Shown one piece after another: positions 11,736-20,000 of a DNA stretch of 20,000 nucleotides; within the stretch, counting starts at the first letter, position 1; every line of letters begins with the position of its first letter. A model generated the notes under the pieces. The model worked only from the letters and a program-made list of their open reading frames with translations. It was not told the DNA's origin and did no database searches. The translations under genes and the position numbers were made by a program. Location of the stretch: assembly GCF_004010195.1 (NCBI RefSeq), contig NC_057728.1:46292311-46312310 (forward strand), in the 5' to 3' direction. The stretch is from Chiloscyllium plagiosum. Taxonomy: Eukaryota.

Positions 11736-13363
11736 AGAATGCTTTCTTCGCAACTTGGACTCTCTTGAGTAACTGTCATACATCATCACCACCACTACCA
11801 TGTAGCTGGTGATCGCTCCACTAACGGCAGTTTTTTACATCAGTAGAAACATGTTCTATATACTGTTAATTTATAGCTGTTTAATGTTTGTAGCATATGA
11901 TTAATATTACGGTAAACATGGTCATCTTCATATCTGCAGTTCACTTCCATAATTGATGTGGAAATCATTTCTGATCTATGGACATTAGTTTCCTTTCAGC
12001 TGTAAACAGACTAACAGTTAACTCATTTTCAAGGCACTGCATCAATCAATTAAAAATAATTACCTTATTTTATTATCAAAAATGAAGAGTATTACTGAAT
12101 GTTCAGAACCACTACAATTTTGACAAAGAATACCATTTTGCTTTGACGAGAGGCAAGACTGAACCTCAACTTATCAAAATATAAACTTCACAATAAAGCA
12201 TCTCCTCACCTATTTATATGTTTCTTAGTAGAATTGATTATGATGTTCATGTTCATTACTTGTGCCATCTCTAATTTGGAATTCAGTCCATTTTAAAACG
12301 GAAGCGAAGGCACTTTAATCAGACAGAGTGTAGGCAGGAGTTAATAAAATGGCATGCAAAAATATGTGCAAATTTTATCAACTTGTCATCAGTAATAAAG
12401 ATAAATGTTGTGTGAAGAAATCCACTATCCGTAAATCTTATAATCCTTCCCTTTACTTTCCACAGCAGCAGAAACTGCTGAACGATCACAAAATAAAGAT
12501 ATTCAATCTTGTGTATATAATACAATAGAAGACTGAAATATTCACACTTGGTGAAATAAAAATGTTCAGTTTTACTGGCAGGATTTGGGATTTTAAGTGA
12601 GCTGTCTTTTATCAAGTAGACACAAATTCACATGAGGCATATAAATTGGGTTTGGAATCAAACATTTACATAGCACACCCGTCTGCATAAGAATGTGTTC
12701 TTTTTTAGCTGAGATAAAAAGAAATACTGGAAATGTTGGAAATCTGACAATGCACAGCAGTTCAATTAGCACCTGAAAGAGTCTAGGTCAACATTGCATG
12801 TATGGTCTACAATGAACCCCTCATAATTTCTGATTGGAGGTCAGTGTTAGAATGATGACTGACCATTTTCTTTTACTTCTTTGTACCTTTTCAACATTTT
12901 CTCATTCATATTGCACATCTGTAACATTGTGCAGACATACTTTTCTTGCATGGTTTATATTTTAGATTCATTGAAATTTGAAAGTAAAAAGACAATTGGT
13001 TCACTTGGCCTTGAGAGGACAAGGAGGAATATATCTTTTTTACCTACTGAGAACATGAAAGAATCTGCAGAAAGGCACCAGGCAGCTCATACTTCCTTTG
13101 TATATCCGTGGGAAACTATAAACTCTCTGGTGCGGAAGTCGTCACATGAAAATCTATATTTTCTTTCTAATTAATTAGTCATTACATTCTCCCCCTCTAA
13201 ATAACTTATGAAAAAGGCCAGAAAAATTACAAGTGGAACTAGCTGCTTACCAAGAAACATTAAGCAGCACAGAATTAACTGTTGAACAAGTTCATAGAGG
13301 GTTATTTTCAATGCAGGATAACTGCTTCTATCTGCTCTTTACAAAACCTTATTGATGATTGTA

Positions 13364-13376
13364 AGGTCAAAGGTCA
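13364..13376 (+). promoter_or_regulatory. Perfect DR1 nuclear-receptor consensus (RXR/PPAR/HNF4/COUP-TF class)
   Basis: AGGTCA-A-AGGTCA, in sequence with no recognisable repeat. Function untested. Confidence 0.4.
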
Positions 13377-13989
13377 ATGAAATTTCCTCTGAGGGTTCCA
13401 AGTTATAAAACCCACACGTTTGGTCAAGCTTTTCTCTTTGTATAAAGAAAACAAGTTTTAATAACTTTTAAAATAAGACTCACAAGTGTTCATATAAATG
13501 TCTGAATCTTTTGTCACATAAACTAGACTCACAGCTTATTAAGTTCCACCCATATCCTGTAGGCTGCTTATGTTCTTCGACTTCTAACACTGGAAAAATA
13601 TTCTTGAATTGTAAAGCAGCCACAACTCTGTCTTGTTAATCTGTTACTGACTGCTCACTTACTTATCAGTTACCCTCTGTCTACTGAACGGCAGGAGAAT
13701 AAACCAGTAAAACTTGTGAGTAGCATATACTGGTCTAACTCATCATGTAACTCTCAAATTGGAGCTCCAGTACAACCAGTACATAGATTTCCAAGTATGA
13801 CTGGTTTGCTTATTGCTTTTTCCCTCTGAGTTACTTCTTCTAGTTCATTCCTTTCTTCTCATTCTGTTAAGACCATGTCTTTTTTGCCCTTCTTAAAAAT
13901 TGTGGATTGAAATGAAAAATAAATGTTCTAATTTTAAGGACTCTGATGAACTAGAGATGAGGGATTGTCTACAGATAGAGCTTTCATTG

Positions 13990-14550
13990 AAAACAAGAGG
14001 TTGATTGGTCTATGGACCAGTGACCAGCTAATGACTTTTGTCTGCAAACTATGTGTTTGTTTTTTAGATAACTGATCAGCTTGGAGTTAGAAACAGAGAA
14101 GTGATTGGATCTCCACCAGCTCAGAGATGTCTCTCACTATTCTCTGCAGTCAAAGGCCACTTTAAAACACAGAAGAAAACCACAGTTCCTTCAGCTGTTA
14201 TTATATGCCAAGACTTTTAATTGTTAAATCAGAGCTCTGTTATAAGTGAATGAATCACTCTGTGCCTCTTGCAAGCCAGTGCAAGTATTCAGAAGAAAAA
14301 AGCTAAGAATTACCCTGTTGATCAACAAGAACCAGCTAAACAGAACTTATGAATGGAGGTTACTGAACTGTTTTCCTAGTGCCCCTCCATCTATATTTTT
14401 TTTCTATGTCTGTCTGTGAGGGAGCGGGAGAGGGGGAGAGGATTACAGTTCTAATTAGTAACATCATATGCCAATGGTTTATAATATTTACTTGTAGTTA
14501 GAATCTAAATGTTTGTAATAAATAGTAATTCTTGGCAAGTACAGAAACCC
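13990..14550 (+). mobile_element. Possible decayed long LTR fragment
   Basis: Purine run at 14418-14441, AATAAA at 14517-14522 and flank gtacagaaacc resemble shark LTR R/U5 regions as I recall them; boundaries uncertain. Confidence 0.3.
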
Positions 14551-14559
14551 ATCTGTGCT

Positions 14560-14900
14560 CACACAGCACAAATAATTATCTACCTGAACCCTCAGGTCCC
14601 CCTATTCTACAACACTGCCCAAGGCCCTACTTTTAATTGTGTAAGTCTTGTCTTTGTTTGTTTTACCAAATGTAATATCTTGCATTTATCCAAATTAAAC
14701 TCTATCTGTCATTCTTCAGCCCATTCACCCAACTGATCAAGATCTCTTTGCAATCTTAGATAACCTTCTTCAATGATCACTATACCCACCAATCTTGGTG
14801 TCATCTGCAAACTTACAAACCCTGTCTTCTATGTTCTCATCCAAATCATTTATATAAATGACAAACAAAAATGGACCCAGTGGACATCTCTGAGAATAGC
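14560..14900 (-). mobile_element. CR1 reverse-transcriptase fragment
   Basis: Minus translation LGPFLFVIYINDLDEN...VCKFADDTKIGG (14785-14820), containing the RT catalytic FADD motif. Confidence 0.92.
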
Positions 14901-14939
14901 AGGGCTTGATTTCCAATGTGCTGCCCAGTGAGGCATGAC

Positions 14940-15318
14940 AGTTCTTATCTTCAACATTGGTGTTGGTGAAATGTCAGAAACAATTACTTGGGATAGAATT
15001 AAGAATCACATGAAAAACAGTAGATTGATTAGGAAAAGGAAATCATGATTAGCTAACTTGGTGGAGATTTTTGAAGTGGTAACAGAAAGGATTGATGAGG
15101 ATAAAGCTATTGATGTGTTTTATATATAGATTTCCAGAATGTGTTTCATACAGTGCCACACAGTAGACTTATGAGGAAAGTTAGAAGTCATGTATAAGAG
15201 AGACAAAGCAACAGGGATACAAAAATGGCTGAGCGATAGGAAACAGAGAGTGATAGTCAATGGATATTTTAGAAGAAGGTTTGTGGTGGAGTTCCCCAGG
15301 GATTGGTTTTGAGACCTG
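14940..15318 (+). mobile_element. CR1 reverse-transcriptase fragment, more decayed
   Basis: Plus translation ...ANLVEIFEVVTERIDEDKAIDVFYI*FQNVFHTVPHSRL...WLSDRKQRVIVNG...GVPQGLVLRP, with stops and frameshifts. Confidence 0.88.
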
Positions 15319-15777
15319 ATTCCAAAATCAGCTCGGTCAGTGTAAAAGTTCAATAGATTTGAAACACAAATTGTATCTGTTTCTGTTATCTTTTCTACTC
15401 AAGAAGACAACCTTGCCCACAAGATCAACAATATTCCCAGGTGAAATTAAATCCCCATGATGTGTTTCTGCTATTGTATCCATTCACTAGACTTTTAAAA
15501 TTAAGACAGTGCATGGAAGCTTCCCAGGTCCTGAACATGATGGGCTGTGGTGATACTTTTAGAAAAGTCAAGTGAGATAATAAGTGAGGTCCTTCTCAGT
15601 GTCAATAGTGAAAAGTCGCATCGAAACAAGTCCTGCACATCGAGTTGAGATTCTCTCTCTAGTAAACCTATCAATGGCAATTATAGCTCATTATAACCCT
15701 TGTTGTTACTTAATCATACTTCAGTTAATATGCAGTTTTTTGCACACTCCCACCCATCAAATAGAAACTAAATGCTG

Positions 15778-16118
15778 GAGAAGGAGTACGCGGTGTCCAC
15801 CAACACCTTCAAGATTTTCAGGGAGAGGTGGATACCACAGGAACTGGAGTGCATTATTTCCCCCTCCAACTCTATTTTGATTTAATCCCTGTCCTCCCTT
15901 CACTGTTCGATCATGCAGCATTGCCCTCTGAGAAGGACACTGGCCACTCGGGTGTTTCCTTTCTTTCTGGTGGTGGAAATTGAATAAAGATTTGTACACC
16001 TGTTGGCTTTCACTGTGTCTCACACTTGCACACACACCATCTGGGTGCTGAGGAAATTATAAGCACTATCGCAGTTAGGCGGTAGTGTGGAGGTTTAAAT
16101 TAAAAAAAAGAAAAAAAA
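15778..16118 (+). mobile_element. Tx1-clade LINE, 5'-truncated 3' end with A-rich tail and probable target-site duplication
   Basis: EKEYAVSTNTFKIFRERWIPQELECII resembles the Tx1 ORF2 C-terminus; A-rich tail 16102-16119; flanks agaaactaaatgctg (15763-15777) and agaatttaaatgctg (16119-16133) match 13/15. Confidence 0.75.
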
Positions 16119-16379
16119 AGAATTTAAATGCTGAGAATTCTTGTCACAAAAGTCAAAGTGCTTACCTGGTGACTCCAATTCACACATACCCCTGTGAACC
16201 TCCATCTTGGATACCCAACCCATGTACCAGCCTCTCTGCATCAGCATGACACATCTCTGATCCACTTACAGTATCCTTCTGCCTTGAAACATTACACCCT
16301 AAGAGCACAGTGGCACTTCTCATGGAAAGGTTACTGCTAACACATTGTGCATGCAGGGTCAGGTACCCAACTGACAGAT

Positions 16380-17005
16380 CGGAGCAGGCTGCATCTTTAA
16401 ACTGCTATCTTGGTCTCTTCGTGATCACTCACTTTGTGCATACCTGGATGTTCACGGCCTGGTGACTTTGCCTTTCTATTTTTGCCCTCTGACCCCTCAG
16501 CTAAATCTTAACAGCTCACAGTACTTTTGCCTTGTCTTGCTGTTTATCACAGACACAAAGACAGATAGTTTATCATGCTTGTCAGCAGTCATCAGTCAAG
16601 GCGATGGGTATCTTTCTCTGCGGCATCGTGCTCTGTCAATCTCACACCTGCACCAGGTGTCAGCCTTGAACTTGCCAAACACAACGCATGTGCTACATAC
16701 AAATGACTATGCTTCAATGTCTAAGGGCAATGCTTCTCAGTCGATTCCAGGAAGACATCCTTCAATGAGAGGATGCTAGCACAGGAAGTCAAAGACAGCC
16801 TCCGAAATCAGTCCAGTGGTTTGATCAGAGCCGATCAGCTCAGGGTGATCTATGGATATAATATTAAATTCTGTCTGTTACGAAGTTCCTTCCAAGTGTT
16901 TTTCAACTTGATCATTTGATCCGTCTAGTCGTAAAAGTAAGTCACTATTGGCAACCTAATATTTTCGCTCTCTGTCTTCCCGAGTTGTTTTTTCCAAACG
17001 AGCAT
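16380..17005. promoter_or_regulatory. Candidate promoter, enhancer or first-exon region
   Basis: No recognisable repeat; about 16 CpGs in about 620 bp, visibly above the window background; ETS ACAGGAAGT (16781-16789), GATA-type sites at about 16543-16575, paired E-boxes CACCTG/CAGGTG (16645-16658). Confidence 0.4.
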
Positions 17006-17256
17006 TGTTTAACAGAATTAATCTAACAATAGAAAATGGTTAATCTATCACAGTCACAATGATTATAGCTGAAGGAGCAGCCAACAAAACTATTCCACAG
17101 CCTCTGCCAAAGTTCCGTGAAACTGTGAACTAGTCAGTGCAGATAAGCAGCTCATGACTGGAGAAATGAATTTGCCTTTGATTGTTATCCTATTCCCTTT
17201 CCATACAGCTAAGACCAAGACTGGTGGAACAGCTGGGGTGAAAGAATGCTGAGACT

Positions 17257-17615
17257 GAGGTAATGGCATGGTAATAATGTCATTGGACTAGTAATGCAGA
17301 GGCCTGGTTAACCCTCCAGATACACGCATTCAAATTCCCACCACAGCTGCTGATGGAAATTGAGTTTAAATTCAGTTGGGGTTGAAGGCTGGTCTCAGTC
17401 ATGTTGGTCGTAAAACTATCAACTGTTGCTAAAACTCATCTCATTCACTCATGTCCTTTAAGGAAGGAAATCTGGTAGCCATACCTGGTCTGGCCTACTT
17501 GTGACTTCAGAATAGCAGTCACATGGTTAACTCTTACTGCAGGGCAATCAATTTAAGAGCAGCTAAACAGTGCTGTGCAACAAATACTAGCCATGCCAAA
17601 AAAGTCAACATCCTG
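17257..17615 (+). mobile_element. tRNA-derived SINE, second copy of the 5627-5968 family
   Basis: aatgtcattggactagtaatgcagaggcct...ttcaaattcccacc head; tgtcctttaaggaaggaaatctgg...tacctggtctggcctac core. Confidence 0.8.
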
Positions 17616-18014
17616 GCATTCCAACATCTGTGCATTTGATAATACTGATGAATATTTTATCATTTTCTTAATAGTATTTTTTAGCTTGTGTCTGCTTTAT
17701 TCAATGTGTATCAATCAGGGAACTTTGGCAGAGGCTTTGGAGTAGTTTTGTTGACTGCTCCTTCAGCTATAATCATTGTGCATACGTTTGAGATGTTAAT
17801 ATTGAACCAAACATATGGCAGATTGTGCCAAATAGTAAAACAGGCTCATACGATCATCAGTCAATTTGCATCAGCTGCAAATGTAGGTCAATGTTAATGC
17901 ACGTGTTAAACCAAAGAAAATGTGAAGTACTTACTCAACTGTCTAATGGACGTAAACAGCATAAAATCTCTTGCAGAGTGAAAAGATCTCTTTCACTGAG
18001 TTCTTGTGATCAGA

Positions 18015-18110
18015 AATACCCTGCCTAAGTGGACGGTGGAGGCAGAATCAGTAGCAACTTTCTTAGGGGAAGTAGATAAATATTCTAAAAGGAAACATTT
18101 TCAGGGTCAA
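18015..18110 (+). mobile_element. Short CR1 3' fragment
   Basis: Translates as LPKWTVEAESVATFLGEVDKY, matching the CR1 LP..VVEA.S...FK..LD motif. Confidence 0.6.
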
Positions 18111-18127
18111 TACTGGAGCTGGTACCA

Positions 18128-18808
18128 AGGTCAGCCAGGTAGACCTCAAGGAATATGAGTTCCCTGACTGGGGCTGTTAATCTGGTCCAATCAGGGAGTC
18201 CTAGTTGACAGATATCAACATAATGTCTGACACTCCTGTTTATCTCTGTCAGCTGGACCTCTCTGATTGGATGCGATTAACAGCCTCAATCAAGGAACGC
18301 ATATTCTATGAGATCCACATAGCTGACCTCATTACGATCATTACGTTCATCCCCCTCTGAGTCCAAGGAAATATACTGGTTCATTTTTGTTTTCAGGTCC
18401 TCCTGATGTGTTTTAGCACTGGGTCAGGTTCTTCCAACTCTGCCTACGACCTCGAATCAGACATGACAACCTGCTGAATTTGACCATATTACTAAGCAGA
18501 GGAAGATGAATTTCTTCCGAGACGCTCTGGGTGCAAAAGTTGAGCTACTGTGTGTTACATATCGCTGTATCAGAGGCAGAATTGGAAGATTGAAGTCCTT
18601 GTAATATGATCAGCCAGGTGGACCTCATAGAATATGAGTTCTCTGATTGTGGTTGTTAATCTGGTCCAATCAGGGGGCCCTTGCTGACAGAGTATCCTGT
18701 TTATTCTGAGAGCTGGCTCTGAGAAAGCTGGATCAGTGTCAAGGACTCTACACATGTAAATAAAGGATGACTTGGTGACAGGATACTAGACTCTGTGGAG
18801 TTATTTCA
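18128..18808. mobile_element. Rearranged Gypsy-like LTR retrotransposon remnant: half LTR (+), half LTR plus polypurine tract plus internal 3' end (-), internal fragment (+), near-complete LTR (+, 18600-18808)
   Basis: LTR 5' half on + at about 18128-18215 and on - at about 18224-18336. Minus-strand purine tract agaggggg (18351-18358) precedes the minus LTR. The plus strand at about 18517-18558 reads PRRSGCKS*ATVCY, consistent with a CpG-decayed RRS.R.R..P.RY integrase tail. Confidence 0.72.
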
Positions 18809-18899
18809 ATTTCATAGTTCCAGCAAAGAGCAGACACAATGCGCTAAAAAGCTTCATATTGATCTTTGTAATTCGATGATGCTATGACATAATTGCTGT

Positions 18900-19450
18900 A
18901 TTTAAGCTCTGTGTAAAGCTGTCATTCAGTTCTGTGTAGATCTTCCCTCGTACAAAGATGTGCAGCACTGGCATGGACCATGATGGATGAAACTCAACAT
19001 AGAATTCTGCTGATTGGCATCCAGACCCAGTCTGGATGATTCACAAAATGTTTTGAGTCAGATAGCATTATTGTGTTGAACATGGAAGCCTCTCTGCCCT
19101 TCAATAAAATGTGTTTTCTCTGTTGGCAAATCTATTTCCCAGTAACTGAGTTTATCCTGGCATGCCCAAGCACATGATTTTTTTCCAAATGGCAACTGTA
19201 ATGAAGCTCAAACTTATCCAGGATTTCAGTCCTGCTCTGGAATCTGTGAGATTTGTCTAGCATTTCTCTTGCACTTCCAAAAAGGATACAACAAAATTTT
19301 ATCACCTGAACAGCAATCCCTCTTTCATTTTCCATCAAAGTTCTGACTCCATCTTAACTTCCCCCATTTTGTTTGCACTTCTATGATTGTTGGTCCTCAC
19401 AAGTTCCTTCTCTTGTTCTGTTTAAGCTGCCAAACTGGCACTCGGTACAT
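18900..19450 (-). mobile_element. Possible ancient L1/Tx1 ORF1p remnant
   Basis: ORF 19132-19338 has LDKSHR...LHY...EKNHVLGHAR, loosely resembling the ORF1p RRM pattern LDRAHR...LHY..EKE.VL..AR; a further frame gives PVLHIFVRGKIY. Weak similarity judged by eye. Confidence 0.3.
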
Positions 19451-19883
19451 CTTTCCTTCTGTCAGTGCCATCACCATGATGACAATGAGGCTCATCAGAT
19501 CATTCCTAATTTTTTTTTTCCCAAACTGTGAAACTCTTCATCTTCCTCAGTGGTTTCTACCTTCTGTCATTGTTTAACTTTCAAAAATCAAGCTTGGATC
19601 GTCCCAGTGCTGACATTCAGATTTTCCTTTTCTCAGTTACTGTTTACATCTTTATAGAGCCCTCCACTATGGACCTAGATTTTATTCAGCCGAAACAAAA
19701 AGTATGTTGTTAACAGTTGGCTATTAATGTCAGCTCTTCCTGTATTTATGGCAGTTCTGAATCTTAATTTCCACAATTCTTTTTGCATCTTTTCCAGTTA
19801 CACTTATAAAAGACATCAGCATAGAAGGGAAATTAAGTGTTCCTTTAACAAATTTATTTGACAAGTTTATGATGAAAAAGATT

Positions 19884-20000
19884 GAGCTGAAAATGTGTTG
19901 CTGGAAAAGCGCAGCAGGTCAGGCAGCATCCAAGGAACAGGAGAATCGACGTTTCGGTCATAAGCCCTTCTTCAGGAATCAGGAAAGTGTGTCCAGCAGG
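19884..20000 (-). mobile_element. Penelope-like terminus (family of 2035-2256), running off the window, with a hammerhead-like motif at 19943-19980
   Basis: Shares gaaaagc.cagcaggtcaggcagcatccaagga.cagga.aatcga.gtttc with about 2056-2107. Minus strand reads gattc-CTGAAGA-a-gggc-ttat-gacc-GAAA-C-GTC-gattc. Confidence 0.72.

Noticed and set aside
10819..11737. 126-aa and 135-aa plus-strand ORFs
   Set aside because: They run across SINE/LTR sequence and antisense Rex1 sequence; chance open frames.
12710..12850. Very decayed Penelope-like terminus
   Set aside because: Only faint similarity and no recognisable hammerhead core.
13943..13965. CTGATGA as another hammerhead or C-box motif
   Set aside because: No stem II or properly spaced GAAA, and no terminal stem with a D box.
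16444..16506. 63-nt minus-strand coding exon (xLAEGSEGKNRKAKSPGREHP)
   Set aside because: The donor is good, but the required acceptor has no polypyrimidine tract and there is no in-frame ATG; kept only as a possible UTR donor.
16462..16779. 105-aa plus-strand ORF
   Set aside because: GTG start, no recognisable domain and no supporting splice structure.
1..20000. Listed ORFs as host genes, or any prokaryotic-type system (operon, CRISPR array, defence island)
   Set aside because: All ORFs are 135 aa or shorter, most use non-ATG starts, and the recognisable ones are LINE fragments. There is no regularly spaced repeat array, and the sequence is vertebrate non-coding DNA.

Overview
AT-rich, CpG-poor vertebrate non-coding DNA (intronic or intergenic). 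The repeat content (HE1-type V-SINE, CR1, Rex1/Babar, Tx1, Penelope-like termini, short Gypsy-type LTRs) points to a shark or other elasmobranch; this is inferred from recalled repeat consensus sequences, not from a search. No host protein-coding gene can be called, and the recognisable ORFs are decayed retroelement fragments. Most notable observations: (1) four Penelope-like termini from about three families carrying minimal hammerhead-ribozyme cores (CUGAnGA...GAAAC-NUH), two of them fold-back palindromes centred on a 2-nt spacer just upstream of the core; (2) a rearranged Gypsy LTR cluster, plus a hairpin-loop micro-inversion that distinguishes LTR copies; (3) a repeat-free, CpG-enriched block at about 16.15-17.0 kb with ETS/GATA/E-box motifs and outward-facing splice donors, possibly a promoter or first exon; (4) a perfect DR1 nuclear-receptor site. 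I see no convincing evidence of a wholly new biological system.
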